Shown one piece after another: positions 17,378-27,796 of a DNA stretch of 64,000 bases. The stretch's first letter is position 1. Every line of letters starts with the position of its first letter. This stretch comes from a virus (Duplodnaviria > Caudoviricetes). Both the position numbers and the translations under genes were made by a program. A model generated the notes under the pieces. It saw only the letters and a list, made by a program, of their open reading frames with translations, was not told the DNA's origin and did not search any database. The DNA is taken from positions 224,001-288,000 of the IMG/VR virus record IMGVR_UViG_3300023213_000432; one strand, given 5' to 3'.

Positions 17378-17863
17378 ATGCCTTTCGATGAAGAAGATCA
17401 GGATCAACCACAAACTCATAAAATTGGGCTAAAACAAGTTAGCTCTCAACCATCCATTTTTGATTCCATCCCTAAAAAACCAACACAGGCTGATCTAGAC
17501 CAGAGAGTAAAAGCGATGCAAGAACGTGACGCCACTTACAAAGCACAAGTAGCGGAATTTACTGTTCAGTTCAGTAAAATGATCAAGGATAAAACACTTC
17601 GACAAAATAAAAATATCATCCAGAAAGACATGGAAAAAGAATTAATGGATGAAATGATCAAATTTGCCTTTCAGGTCAATAAAGATCCGGTAGAACAAGA
17701 GGGAGCAGGATCTGTTAGTCTTATTCTTTTGCTATTGCGAGCAATATTATTTCAACGAGATAGAATTAATGAATTAGAATATAGTCAAGTGCAAATACAA
17801 AAAGTAATAGATCTTTTAGGGAAGGAGATCAAAGGACTTGACATTAAAAAATCAAGTGAATAA
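17378..17863 (+). CDS. Hypothetical protein
   Basis: 161-aa ORF. Confidence 0.7.
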   Translation: MPFDEEDQDQPQTHKIGLKQVSSQPSIFDSIPKKPTQADLDQRVKAMQERDATYKAQVAEFTVQFSKMIKDKTLRQNKNIIQKDMEKELMDEMIKFAFQVNKDPVEQEGAGSVSLILLLLRAILFQRDRINELEYSQVQIQKVIDLLGKEIKGLDIKKSSE

Positions 17864-17866
17864 ACT
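17838..17866 (+). promoter_or_regulatory. Sigma70-type promoter
   Basis: TTGACA (17838-17843), 17-nt spacer, TAAACT (17861-17866). Confidence 0.6.
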
Positions 17867-17868
17867 TA

Positions 17869-18045
17869 ATGACTAAAGAAGTTTTATTGGCTTTAATTAC
17901 GGAAGAAAAAGACAATTTTGCCCGGTACTCTGAATTATGCACCCTTTACAAAGTGGAACCCGACCCGTTAGCCAGAGCCCGTCATCATGGGAAGATGGAA
18001 ATTTTACAGAATCTTTTGCAGGAAACGAAGAATCCAAAGATTTAA
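17869..18045 (+). CDS. Small hypothetical protein (58 aa) overlapping the primase ZBD gene
   Basis: MTKEVLLALITEEKDNFARYSELCTLYKVEPDPLARARHHGKMEILQNLLQETKNPKI*. Confidence 0.5.
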   Translation: MTKEVLLALITEEKDNFARYSELCTLYKVEPDPLARARHHGKMEILQNLLQETKNPKI

Positions 18046-18566
18046 TTACTCAAGCTAACAGTGTTTCTCTTCTTCGAATTTTTCAACATTATCGATTGCG
18101 ACTAGACGAGATCAATAAGAAAATTATTTGTCCCTTTAAATCTCATAAAAGTGGTCGAGAAAATAGCGCTTCTTTTTATTACTATCCAGAAACAAACAGT
18201 TTTTATTGCTTCGGGTGCTCTGTTGGTGGTAAATATGCTCATGGTTGTGAATTTGTGGCTTTGATGGAAGGTATCAATAAGCAAGAAGCAGCATACAGAA
18301 TTTTGGAATTGTTTCAGTCAGATGTTGATGAAAATGTGATCTGGAATGATGCCAATAATTTTTCGGAACGTTTAGAAATTATGATGGACTTTGCTCGAGG
18401 TGTTCGAGAATTTCGGCAAGCTCATACCGATAACAAATCCCAAGAGTTCATTGATAACATTTGTATGGTGTATGACATGTTGAATCTGAAACATGATCTC
18501 AACAATGAGGCATTGCGATCTATGGTGGCTCAGTTGAAAGATAGGATAGGATTGTTTATTACATGA
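17937..18566 (+). CDS. Stand-alone primase CHC2 zinc-binding domain protein
   Basis: ICPFKSHKSGRENSASFYYYPETNSFYCFGCSVGG. Confidence 0.85.
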   Translation: MHPLQSGTRPVSQSPSSWEDGNFTESFAGNEESKDLITQANSVSLLRIFQHYRLRLDEINKKIICPFKSHKSGRENSASFYYYPETNSFYCFGCSVGGKYAHGCEFVALMEGINKQEAAYRILELFQSDVDENVIWNDANNFSERLEIMMDFARGVREFRQAHTDNKSQEFIDNICMVYDMLNLKHDLNNEALRSMVAQLKDRIGLFIT

Positions 18567-19753
18567 GCCGAGTGGTTATTCTAGGTGATCCGCATATTGG
18601 CAAATCTCAAAATCTTGGTCGTGTCGGACTCGGTGCTAATCTCAATAGTCGCGTGGCAGATCAGAGCAATTTGCTAGATTGGACGTTAGACCAAGCATTG
18701 GAACATCATGCCGGAAATATTATTATTACTGGAGATATTTTTGAGGATCCAAGACCTGCTCCTTCTCTAGTTGCTTTATTCATCTCTTGGTTAAAAAAGT
18801 GCCAGATGCACGATGTTAAAGTATATGTTATCATGGGCAATCATGATGCAGTGAGAAGTGGAAATTTCATAGTTTCTAGTTTAGATATTATTAGTGAGAT
18901 TGATTTGGATAATGTTAGTGTTTATAAGGACATCGACACTGCTTTTATTGGAACCGCAGCCTTCACTTTTATTCCGTTTCGTGATCGTAAATTTTTCGGC
19001 ACTAGTTCAGCGGCAGAAGCTTTATCTCTCATTCGAGAAAATTTAATCTATGAATTATCTTCTATTCCAATTACTTATCGAAAAGTGGTGATAGGGCACT
19101 TAGCCATTGAAGGCTCGATCCCGGTAGGTGATGAAATCGATGACCTAACTAATGAGCTTTATTGTCCCATTGAAATGTTTAAAGGATATGATTGTGTCTG
19201 GATGGGACACATCCATAAACCTCAAGTTCTTCATGAAACAATTCCGTTTGTCGCTCATATTGGAAGTATGGATATTTCTAATTTTGGGGAAGTAAATCAA
19301 ACTAAGCATATTATCATTTTCGATTGTGAAGAAGGAACGTGGGAAGAAAAACAATTACCCACTCGTCCTCTCAAAAAGATACATATCATTGTTCCCAAAG
19401 ATATTGAGAATACCACCTTATATGTGATGGAAGAGTTGGAAAAAATAGACGATTGGAATAAGTCTATTATTCGTTTGGAAATTTCACTGGCAGTTCCAGA
19501 ATTATCTTCCATCAATAAGTCGGATATTGAGAAGTATCTATTGGGTCATGGAGCTTTCAACGTGGCAGACATCACAGAAACTAAAAAAATGATGTTGATT
19601 AAAAAAGATGATAATACTATTGACACCAAAATGGATGTTGCTTCAGCTATTAAAACTTATGCCCAAACTTATGTGGAAGAAGAGTTGCGAGATGCATTCA
19701 TAGAGTTGGCTACGGAAATTCATAATATTTACAAAGAAAAACCTGTGGAATAA
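18563..19753 (+). CDS. sbcD: SbcD/Mre11-like (gp47-like) nuclease
   Basis: LGDPHIG, ITGDIFE, MGNHD, IGHL, MGHIH. Confidence 0.9.
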   Translation: MSRVVILGDPHIGKSQNLGRVGLGANLNSRVADQSNLLDWTLDQALEHHAGNIIITGDIFEDPRPAPSLVALFISWLKKCQMHDVKVYVIMGNHDAVRSGNFIVSSLDIISEIDLDNVSVYKDIDTAFIGTAAFTFIPFRDRKFFGTSSAAEALSLIRENLIYELSSIPITYRKVVIGHLAIEGSIPVGDEIDDLTNELYCPIEMFKGYDCVWMGHIHKPQVLHETIPFVAHIGSMDISNFGEVNQTKHIIIFDCEEGTWEEKQLPTRPLKKIHIIVPKDIENTTLYVMEELEKIDDWNKSIIRLEISLAVPELSSINKSDIEKYLLGHGAFNVADITETKKMMLIKKDDNTIDTKMDVASAIKTYAQTYVEEELRDAFIELATEIHNIYKEKPVE

Positions 19754-20104
19754 ATGTTCAGATCCTATAGTTATAAATATCTTGGATATGACAGTAAAAC
19801 TGATCAATGGCGACACGAAATCACTATCGTGGATGATGATTTTACCGAAGACGATGCCTTCGCCTCTTCCGTTCGCCCACTGATCCTCGCCGATGAAGCT
19901 GCCGCCGCCGTATCCGCCGCCTTAATCGATATTTACTCTCGAAGGAATCTCAATGTGGCTGGCAATCTAGTTTTACTGATGCAATATATAGAAAATAAAT
20001 GGCCATGTCGAGATATTAAGTCACAAATTGAATGGTATCAAAAATATGTTCCTGAGTATCCAAAATACCACGATCAAGTAATGGACTATCTAGTGTTTAT
20101 ATAA
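19754..20104 (+). CDS. Hypothetical protein between sbcD and sbcC
   Basis: 116-aa ORF starting immediately after the sbcD stop. Confidence 0.65.
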   Translation: MFRSYSYKYLGYDSKTDQWRHEITIVDDDFTEDDAFASSVRPLILADEAAAAVSAALIDIYSRRNLNVAGNLVLLMQYIENKWPCRDIKSQIEWYQKYVPEYPKYHDQVMDYLVFI

Positions 20105-20109
20105 TCGTC

Positions 20110-22341
20110 ATGAAACTTCTCCGTCTTTACATCAAAGATTTTATGTGTTATGAAGGCGCCTTTATTGACTTCACTCAGTTTAATAGCGCCGTTATCATTG
20201 GAAAAAAAGAGAACAATGATAACATTGCTAACGGTGTCGGTAAGAGCACTATTTTTAGCGCCATCGAATATGTTTTCTTCAATCAATCGGAATTTCCGTT
20301 AGAAGATGTTATCAGAGATGAAACCAATAAATGTCAGGTAGTAGTAGATTTTCTAATTGGAGATCAAGAATATCGGTTAGCTCGAACTCGAACTAAGAAA
20401 GGAAGTACCGATCTGGTATTGCTTCAACGTAACAATCAAGACGGCACCATTGAAGAGGCTTATCATATCACGGTAGGAGAATTTGAAGTGCCATGGGTTG
20501 AGAAAAAGCATACCGAGAAATATTGGAAGGAATTTTCTGGCAGTCGTGCCGGTGATACCGAAAAAGATTTAGCTAAGTTGATCAAAATTAACTACAAGTC
20601 TTTTCTGAGCACCACTTTGTTTCCTCAAAATGATATTACGGGTCTAGCCACAGCTACCGCCGAAAAGCGAAAAACCATTCTCAAAGATGCCCTTAATTTA
20701 GCTGTATATATTAAGTTGGAAAAGATTGCTAAAGAAAAATATGGACTTTTGTCCAAGGAAGCAGAAAAGAATGCTTTACTTATTGATAATTTGGGAGAAC
20801 CTCAAAAAGATTTGGCAGAGTGCCAGAAACAATTAGAATTTGCAGAGAAGTCATTATCCGAAAAAAAAATTATCTTAGCTGATTTGGAAAAAAAAGCATC
20901 TATTCACGATAACAAAATCAATGAACTTAATAATAATCTATCCAAATTAGAAAGCAAGTTTTCCTCCTTGGTGGAGCAAGAGAAATCTATACATTCTGAA
21001 AAGAAAACTATTGAGATGTCTATTCAGGAATATCAACAAAAAAAATTAGATGCTAACAAAGAAGCTCATCGTTTGGTGGCCCAAATTGAGAGATTAAAAA
21101 AAGACTGTGTTCCACTTAATGTGCTAGATTTTTATCGGATGGATGCTCTCACTGAGATCATTAACTCTCTTAGAGAACAAATAACCACTCATAACATTGG
21201 GATCAAAAGAAATCTAGAGGAATTAGAGGAATTAAAAATACCTATTCCTGAAGGAGCTGCTTGCAAACATTGTCGCCGCCCAATGAATGAAGAACATCGT
21301 CAAGCTTGTCGAATCAAAGATGCGGAACAGATGAAAGTTCTTCAATTTAGTATTCAACAAGCCAAAAAAGCTATCGTTCAATTTTCCGGAGAATTAACTA
21401 AATGTCAGCAAGAACACAATAGTTTGACCGCTTCCAAACAAAATCTGAACAAAATAAATGGTGAAATTATTGCCTTAGATAAAGAGTTTGTTAATCAAAA
21501 GGTATTTTTTGATGATTATTCAGATTTATTAACTAAGTTTAATACTACTTTGGTAGAAAAAGAAAGAGAACTCTTTAAAGTTCAAGAAGAACTCAGCAAT
21601 TCTTCTCTGGAGGAAGCTAAGTCTATTCGAAAGAAAATTGAAACAGAAAAACAAAACAAGCTGATAATCACTGATCATATAATTTCTGTTAATAAAGAAG
21701 TTAATCATTACAGCAACAATGTAGCCGTGATTCAGCACACTATTGAGCAAAGAAAGAAAGACGCCGCCGCCAAAGAGATGTTGGAAAAACAACGTCGTGC
21801 CCTAAATAATAAGCTGTCAGTGTATCCGTCTGTTATTCAGTCTTTTTCTTCTATGGGCATCCCAAAACTTATTATTCAGACCGTATTAGATGATCTTCAA
21901 ATGGAAGCCAATAATTTGTTATCTCAATTACGCCCTGATTTGCAGTTAGCTTTTTTTACCGAAAAAACTCGATCCAAAGATGGAGAACAGGCTGATACTT
22001 TAGATATTCAATATCATGTTAATGGGCGGAAGCGATATTACAAACAATTATCGGGCGCTATGCGACTAGCAGTAGCATTTAGTTTGAAATTGGGATTGTC
22101 TCTTCTTCTTCAAAAAATGTTGGGAATCGACATCAAGTTTCTGTTATTGGACGAAATTGATCAACCGCTGGATAAAGCTAGCACGGATGCGTTAGCTAAC
22201 ATTATCAGATTCTTTCAAAAGGATTTAACCATTCTGATTATCACGCATAATGATCGAATGAACGACAAGTTTTCTCACGCTATTTTGGTAGAACAAGATA
22301 TAAATATGATTAGTCGAGCCCATGTTACTTCTTCTTGGTAA
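20110..22341 (+). CDS. sbcC: SbcC/Rad50-like (gp46-like) ATPase
   Basis: NGVGKST, Q-loop FPQ, Zn hook CKHC, LSGA signature, LLLDEID, ITHN. Confidence 0.92.
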   Translation: MKLLRLYIKDFMCYEGAFIDFTQFNSAVIIGKKENNDNIANGVGKSTIFSAIEYVFFNQSEFPLEDVIRDETNKCQVVVDFLIGDQEYRLARTRTKKGSTDLVLLQRNNQDGTIEEAYHITVGEFEVPWVEKKHTEKYWKEFSGSRAGDTEKDLAKLIKINYKSFLSTTLFPQNDITGLATATAEKRKTILKDALNLAVYIKLEKIAKEKYGLLSKEAEKNALLIDNLGEPQKDLAECQKQLEFAEKSLSEKKIILADLEKKASIHDNKINELNNNLSKLESKFSSLVEQEKSIHSEKKTIEMSIQEYQQKKLDANKEAHRLVAQIERLKKDCVPLNVLDFYRMDALTEIINSLREQITTHNIGIKRNLEELEELKIPIPEGAACKHCRRPMNEEHRQACRIKDAEQMKVLQFSIQQAKKAIVQFSGELTKCQQEHNSLTASKQNLNKINGEIIALDKEFVNQKVFFDDYSDLLTKFNTTLVEKERELFKVQEELSNSSLEEAKSIRKKIETEKQNKLIITDHIISVNKEVNHYSNNVAVIQHTIEQRKKDAAAKEMLEKQRRALNNKLSVYPSVIQSFSSMGIPKLIIQTVLDDLQMEANNLLSQLRPDLQLAFFTEKTRSKDGEQADTLDIQYHVNGRKRYYKQLSGAMRLAVAFSLKLGLSLLLQKMLGIDIKFLLLDEIDQPLDKASTDALANIIRFFQKDLTILIITHNDRMNDKFSHAILVEQDINMISRAHVTSSW

Positions 22342-22347
22342 AAGTTT

Positions 22348-22929
22348 ATGCTTAAAATTGCAATAACAGGAAAAGCAGCCTCGGGAAAAAATACAACCGC
22401 TAAAATTATTACTGATTTAATTTGTTCCGAAGCTCAAAAGTCCATTTGTTTGGCTTTTGCAGATCCTATTAAAGAAATAGCTCTCACTATGTTTCCTCAA
22501 TTGCCCAAGAAATATCTCTACGGTTCTTCCAAGTATCGTTCCAAGATTGTTTCGGGTGCTTTTAGAAATGGAGAGCCATTAACAGTGCGCCAACTTTTAA
22601 TTGATATTGGAACTGCGGGACGTAGTTACAATCCGGATGTTTGGATCGATGTTTTACACCATCGTTTGAAAGAGGCTCAAAAGGAAAATAAAGATTTGGT
22701 GGTGGTAATGGATGTTCGTTTTCGAAACGAATATGAATTTCTTAAAAAGATGGAATTTTATCAAATTAAATTGTATCGAGACGCTCATACCGTGATTGAT
22801 CATATCAGTGAAACCGAGCAAGATGCTTTACAAGATAGCCAATTTAATTGCATTTTGCATAATAATGGAGCTTTATATGACCTTCGAAGAGATATTCGAC
22901 AGATTGTGGAGTTGTTGCCAAACCTCTAA
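22348..22929 (+). CDS. Deoxynucleoside monophosphate kinase
   Basis: IAITGKAASGKNT, AFADPIKE, RQLLIDIGT, MDVRFRNE, HISE. Confidence 0.88.
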   Translation: MLKIAITGKAASGKNTTAKIITDLICSEAQKSICLAFADPIKEIALTMFPQLPKKYLYGSSKYRSKIVSGAFRNGEPLTVRQLLIDIGTAGRSYNPDVWIDVLHHRLKEAQKENKDLVVVMDVRFRNEYEFLKKMEFYQIKLYRDAHTVIDHISETEQDALQDSQFNCILHNNGALYDLRRDIRQIVELLPNL

Positions 22930-22946
22930 TAATTTGACATATTTTC

Positions 22947-23264
22947 ATGAATGTTGATATTCTCAAAAGAGATTTTATTCCTAAATACTTGGCAGCAGGC
23001 GAACAGAGATTTTATCGATTTCTGCTAACGTATGCTCTGGATAAATTGGTCGGAATGGAAAAAAAGACTTACACTGGAATAAGTCCAGATTTGGAATTTT
23101 TGGAATATTACGAGCAGTTTTTAATTTTGTATCGACGAGAGGGCGAAGGCATGTATTTGGATCTCGCCGCACTTTTTAGAAAAGCGGGGCATAAAATTTA
23201 TCGAGTCCGTCTTCAAAAGGGAATGACTTCTCCCAATGCTAAATTTCTCCAATTGGTATCCTAA
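22947..23264 (+). CDS. Hypothetical protein
   Basis: 105-aa ORF. Confidence 0.7.
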   Translation: MNVDILKRDFIPKYLAAGEQRFYRFLLTYALDKLVGMEKKTYTGISPDLEFLEYYEQFLILYRREGEGMYLDLAALFRKAGHKIYRVRLQKGMTSPNAKFLQLVS

Positions 23265-24241
23265 TGGTTGTCATCAGCGTTTCTATTACTCAATCTACCG
23301 ATCAAGTCGTTTCTGGTATTCCAAAAGTTGTTTCGTTATCAACTAACGTTCCAGCGACTATTTTCTACACTTTGGATGGCACAGATCCTACTCTGTTTTC
23401 CACCATCTATACCTCTCCTATTCATCTTCCATTTAGTCAGCTCTCCGTTACCCTCAAAGCGATGGCTACTGATGGAACGAATTTTTCTCCTATTGTAGTC
23501 AGCGTTTTCTCCACTAATATTTTAGATAATGCTCGCTTACCCCATACTAACACTAGCGGACAAGCCCAATCTAATGTTCCTGATAATTTTCCATTTGGCA
23601 CTCCTCCTATCCAACCCAACAATATCTTTACTAATCCTGCCGGCATTACTGTGGATGATCCTGCTTTGCCCACTATTCCACAAGGATTTGATGATAGTGG
23701 CAATCCGGGCTCTTTCACTAATCAACCATTTGATTTGACAAATTATAGTATTCAATATTCCACCACTGATGCTGAAGGGCAAAGACCCATTGGTGTCGGA
23801 AATTTGCCGGGTAGTGTAAAAACTAAGCAAGAAACCAAACCTCGAGAAGAGACTCAGCAATTTAGCAACATGTTTGATCCTCGAGCTTTAGTTATTTTTC
23901 AAGATGCTAGCTTAGCTAATCCAGATGATCCGGTGCAGATTAATCGTCAATTTTTCACTTTTGAAAATGTAGAAAAGGCACGAGACGGAGCTTATCTATA
24001 TAGTAGTGGAGTAGATGCGCCGCCTGTCAATGGATCTTTTGTTCGCTCCGCGTTTAATCCTCGAGATAATACTATTACTTATTATTACTTAGATAGCTGG
24101 AGTAATCGTTGGATTATTAGCAAACAACCATTTCAACCATCTGCTAATGCATTCGATGGCAATCTAACAGGGCCAGCAAATGCTTTTGGAAGCAGTAAAG
24201 TTTATGAATGGATTCCTCACCAGAGGCGTGTTTTGTTCTAA
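23264..24241 (+). CDS. Hypothetical protein with N-terminal chitobiase-C/Fn3-associated domain
   Basis: VSLSTNVPATIFYTLDGTDPT...YTSPI. Confidence 0.7.
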   Translation: MVVISVSITQSTDQVVSGIPKVVSLSTNVPATIFYTLDGTDPTLFSTIYTSPIHLPFSQLSVTLKAMATDGTNFSPIVVSVFSTNILDNARLPHTNTSGQAQSNVPDNFPFGTPPIQPNNIFTNPAGITVDDPALPTIPQGFDDSGNPGSFTNQPFDLTNYSIQYSTTDAEGQRPIGVGNLPGSVKTKQETKPREETQQFSNMFDPRALVIFQDASLANPDDPVQINRQFFTFENVEKARDGAYLYSSGVDAPPVNGSFVRSAFNPRDNTITYYYLDSWSNRWIISKQPFQPSANAFDGNLTGPANAFGSSKVYEWIPHQRRVLF

Positions 24242-25122
24242 TGGAAGAGCACAAAGTTTGCTTCAAATGTAAGCAATTAAAACATAAGAGCGAATATTCT
24301 CCAAGCAAATTTGCCTTGAAAAGTGGGTGGTGTAAATTTTGTGTCAGTGAAAGTGGCAAGAAGTATAGAGAGTCGCACAAAGAAGAGATCAAAGAAAGAG
24401 ATAAAAAATATCAAAAAAATCATAGAAAACAGCGCCAAGAATATAACAAACAATACAGAGAAATTAATAAAGATAAAATTAAAACACTACAAAAACAATA
24501 TCGAAAAGAAAATAAAGAAGCACTTAAAGTTCAAAACAAAAAATATTATGAAAAGAATAGAAAAGATATTATAAAATACAATCAAAAATATAATAATGAA
24601 CACCAAGAAGAGATAAAAGAATACAAGAAAAATTATTACCAGCAAAACAAAGAAGAAATACTCCATAAACAAAGACACTATCAAAAAGACAATAATGATA
24701 AAATAAATTTACGAATGCGCACTAGAAGAAAAAATGATCCATTATATAAGATGAGATGTTTTATATCTGCTTTGATAGGCAAAATTCTAAAGACTCGTGG
24801 TGGCTCTAAAAATGGTTCTTCCGTTTGGGATCATCTCTATTATGATAAAAACCAATTATGGTCTCATATTGAGAGCCAATTTGAGCCATGGATGAATAAA
24901 AATAATCAAGGGAAATATAATCCTGAAACATGGGACGACGATGATCCAAAAACTTGGAAGTGGCAACTTGACCATATTATTCCCAATTCAACATTTCACT
25001 ATACATCAATGGAAGATGAGGAGTTTAAGAAGTGTTGGGCGCTAACAAATCTTCGTCCCTACTCTGCCAAACAAAACATTCTTGACGGAACGAGTAGGGT
25101 AAGACACAAAAAGCAGTCTTGA
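24241..25122 (+). CDS. HNH homing endonuclease with Zn finger and charged repeats
   Basis: CFKC...WCKFC, repeated Y/K/E-rich helices, WQLDHIIP...WALTNLRPYSAKQNI. Confidence 0.85.
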   Translation: MEEHKVCFKCKQLKHKSEYSPSKFALKSGWCKFCVSESGKKYRESHKEEIKERDKKYQKNHRKQRQEYNKQYREINKDKIKTLQKQYRKENKEALKVQNKKYYEKNRKDIIKYNQKYNNEHQEEIKEYKKNYYQQNKEEILHKQRHYQKDNNDKINLRMRTRRKNDPLYKMRCFISALIGKILKTRGGSKNGSSVWDHLYYDKNQLWSHIESQFEPWMNKNNQGKYNPETWDDDDPKTWKWQLDHIIPNSTFHYTSMEDEEFKKCWALTNLRPYSAKQNILDGTSRVRHKKQS

Positions 25123-25148
25123 TATATTGAATTTAGCAGAAAGTTCGC

Positions 25149-25946
25149 ATGTCCGAAGAATTCAGATTAAGTGTTTCCAAAACTAAGACTTTTTTATCTT
25201 GTAAGAAAAAGTTTCATTATACCTATATTCAGAAGCTTCCTAGAAAAGAGTGGTCATTTCATGTGCTTGGACATTTTTGTCATAAAACACTAGAATTATT
25301 TCATAACGCATACATCAAAGACAATTCTGTTCTTCCATTTAATGTAGAAATGGGCAAAGCATTTAATATTGCTTTTCAAGAATATGGTGCTAAAATGACG
25401 CCCAAAATGAAGCAAGAGTGTTATCAGCTCATCGATCAATATTTGAGGATCGTTTCTCATGACAAGGAAATTGGTAATACCATTAATGTTTTAGCTATGG
25501 AAAAGAAGTTCAGTTTTCCTATTGCTGATAATATCATTATTAATGGAGCCATTGACAAAATCCAATTGGATGCTGATAATATCTTGCACCTCGCCGATTA
25601 TAAAACTACTAAAGATAAAAGATTTCTGAAAGAAGATTGGTTTCAACTTCAAACGTATGGCTTTGTGATGTTGCAGGAAAATCCGGATTTGGAAAAAGTG
25701 CGATGTTCTTATATTTTGATGCGACATAATTTTGAGCATTTAACCAAAGAATTTTCTGCCAAAGAATTATGGGAAGTGAAGGATAAATATTTGGAATATG
25801 CCAAGCAGATGGAAGAAGAAACAGAATTTCCGGCTAATCCGACAGTTTTGTGTCAATACTGCGACCATCTTGATTTGTGTGTTCAAGGTAAAGAGATAGT
25901 GGATAAGATCAAGCCATCGTCAGTTTTTGGAGAAGTTTCTTGGTAA
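25149..25946 (+). CDS. PD-(D/E)XK RecB/AddB-like exonuclease
   Basis: LSVSKTKTFLSCKKKF, G...H, NGAIDKI, LADYKT, QL..Y, CQYCDHLDLC. Confidence 0.85.
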   Translation: MSEEFRLSVSKTKTFLSCKKKFHYTYIQKLPRKEWSFHVLGHFCHKTLELFHNAYIKDNSVLPFNVEMGKAFNIAFQEYGAKMTPKMKQECYQLIDQYLRIVSHDKEIGNTINVLAMEKKFSFPIADNIIINGAIDKIQLDADNILHLADYKTTKDKRFLKEDWFQLQTYGFVMLQENPDLEKVRCSYILMRHNFEHLTKEFSAKELWEVKDKYLEYAKQMEEETEFPANPTVLCQYCDHLDLCVQGKEIVDKIKPSSVFGEVSW

Positions 25947-25962
25947 AGAAAAGAGGATAACA

Positions 25963-27210
25963 ATGGAAATTAAAGTCACGGAAATGGAAAGCTGCAAATT
26001 GAATGTGCATTGTGAAGCCAATGCCTTAGAAATCCTTGATAAACGGGGTGAAGTATTGAATATTTTCAAGAAAGCTCCCGTCAAAGGTTTTAGGCCTGGG
26101 CGCGGTTCTATTGAAGCTATTAAGATTCAATATAAAGACCAAATTGAAGACGCTTTAAAGAAAGCGTTAGCTGAAGATGCATATCATGAAGCGATCTTCC
26201 AACAGAAGCTTCGTCCTCATGGGTCTCCCAGATTTACCGCTATTTTGTTAGTTGATGGTAAATTCACTTGTGATTTTGAAATGCATACTAAACCGGATTT
26301 TGAATTGGCGCCCTATAAAAACATGGAAGTACCCAAACCTCACATGACAATAACAGAAACGGAATTAACGGAAAGAATGCTTCAAGAGCTTCGAGTCAAA
26401 TATGGAGATATTAGCCCTTACGCTGAACAAGATTTTGTCCAGCGTGGCGACAATATTTTGGTGGATTATGAAGGAACAATTGATGGCGTCAAAATTGATA
26501 CTTTGTGTGCTACTGGAGAAATGTTAACAGTGGGCGGTGGTCAATTAATATCTTTTGATGATAATTTGTTGGGAATGGCATTAGGAGAGTCACGAGAATT
26601 TGATTTGGTGGTACCCGCTAATGGTTTGCCCTCTTTGGTTGGAAAAACAATTCATTTCAAAGTTACTCTCAATATGGGTTCCAAAACTATTCCTTGTCCC
26701 TTAGACGACGAGCTGGCAAAAAAATTGGATAAGAATACCTACACAGAATTACGAGAATTTGTTAATTCGATATCCCAAGCTAAAGTGGCCGATATGTTTC
26801 GAAACGCAGTGGCTAATAGCGTGGCTACTAAAGTGATTGCGGATAATGCTTTTGCCGTGCCCAATTGGATGTCCTTGTCGGAAGCTCAGTATTTAGTACA
26901 TACCGCTAAGTTAGAATGGGATAAACTTCAAGATGTGGATAAGGAGAGTTATCTGGCTTTGGCTGAAAAGAATGTCAAGCTCTCTTTAATCCTCGATAAG
27001 ATCAGGGAAGAAGAGCCAGAAGCTCAACTTTCCGATCAAGAAGTATTTGAAATCATTAGAGAAAACTTGGCTGCCACTAAATTAGAAAAGCCAGTGAATG
27101 AGGTAATTGACACTATGAATAAAAGTGGCTATTTGCAAGTTTTAGCCGCTCGAATCAAAGACGAACAAGTGCTTGATTTTCTTGTCAAATCAGTTAAAAT
27201 TGTGGAGTGA
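25963..27210 (+). CDS. tig: Trigger factor
   Basis: VKGFRPGR ribosome-binding loop; FKBP domain GDNILVDYEG...FDDNLLGMALGE...IHFKVTL; C-terminal chaperone domain. Confidence 0.9.
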   Translation: MEIKVTEMESCKLNVHCEANALEILDKRGEVLNIFKKAPVKGFRPGRGSIEAIKIQYKDQIEDALKKALAEDAYHEAIFQQKLRPHGSPRFTAILLVDGKFTCDFEMHTKPDFELAPYKNMEVPKPHMTITETELTERMLQELRVKYGDISPYAEQDFVQRGDNILVDYEGTIDGVKIDTLCATGEMLTVGGGQLISFDDNLLGMALGESREFDLVVPANGLPSLVGKTIHFKVTLNMGSKTIPCPLDDELAKKLDKNTYTELREFVNSISQAKVADMFRNAVANSVATKVIADNAFAVPNWMSLSEAQYLVHTAKLEWDKLQDVDKESYLALAEKNVKLSLILDKIREEEPEAQLSDQEVFEIIRENLAATKLEKPVNEVIDTMNKSGYLQVLAARIKDEQVLDFLVKSVKIVE

Positions 27211-27215
27211 AAGTT

Positions 27216-27518
27216 ATGAAAAACCAAAGTGAATTTCCGGAAAAATGGAATAAAATATTAAGGGATTTGCCCGAATTCAAAGATATTGCGGAAGCAGCTA
27301 ATGCTGAAGAACTAAAAAAAATGATTGTCTTAGCAGAAGGTAATATCTACAATATCGAGCAAGAAAAAGAAAATGATAATAAATTGAATGCGGCTCGAGA
27401 ATTAGTGAAAGAACATTCTGCTCCCTATAGAGACGCTATGCGGACACAAACTGCCAAAATCAAGTATTGTTTGTTTTTGCTAGAAGGTAAGGGCACGGAA
27501 TTAGGCGACCAAGATTGA
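27216..27518 (+). CDS. Hypothetical protein
   Basis: About 100-aa helical ORF. Confidence 0.7.
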   Translation: MKNQSEFPEKWNKILRDLPEFKDIAEAANAEELKKMIVLAEGNIYNIEQEKENDNKLNAARELVKEHSAPYRDAMRTQTAKIKYCLFLLEGKGTELGDQD

Positions 27519-27793
27519 AAATTCTTCGTCATACTTCTTGCACTAGTTGCGGGGGCACTTCTGTTGCCATTCAATTAGACCGTCCCATAATGAAGGATCT
27601 TTTGGATAAACTAGTAGGAATGGGTTTTGTGGAAGCAACTCATTTCACAGCCGCAGGATTGCTTTATATGGAAGACATGGCATTAATCTTGACCGGGCCA
27701 TTTGGTTCCGATCGGCTTCAAGTTAAGTGCAAGATCCAAGATTGTGAAAAAAAGATCAATGATCTCGAAGCCTTACTTCAACAAATGGAGTAA
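27515..27793 (+). CDS. Hypothetical protein
   Basis: 92-aa coupled ORF. Confidence 0.65.
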   Translation: MKILRHTSCTSCGGTSVAIQLDRPIMKDLLDKLVGMGFVEATHFTAAGLLYMEDMALILTGPFGSDRLQVKCKIQDCEKKINDLEALLQQME

Positions 27794-27796
27794 TTC

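Noticed and set aside
24340-24720. Possible nucleotide repeat array
   Set aside because: The periodicity comes from K/E/Y-rich helical repeats inside the HNH ORF; there are no identical DNA repeats with spacers.
25149-25946. Cas4/CRISPR adaptation gene
   Set aside because: It has the 1+3 Cys pattern shared with Cas4/AddB, but no array, cas1 or cas2 lies nearby; treated as a solo RecB-like nuclease.
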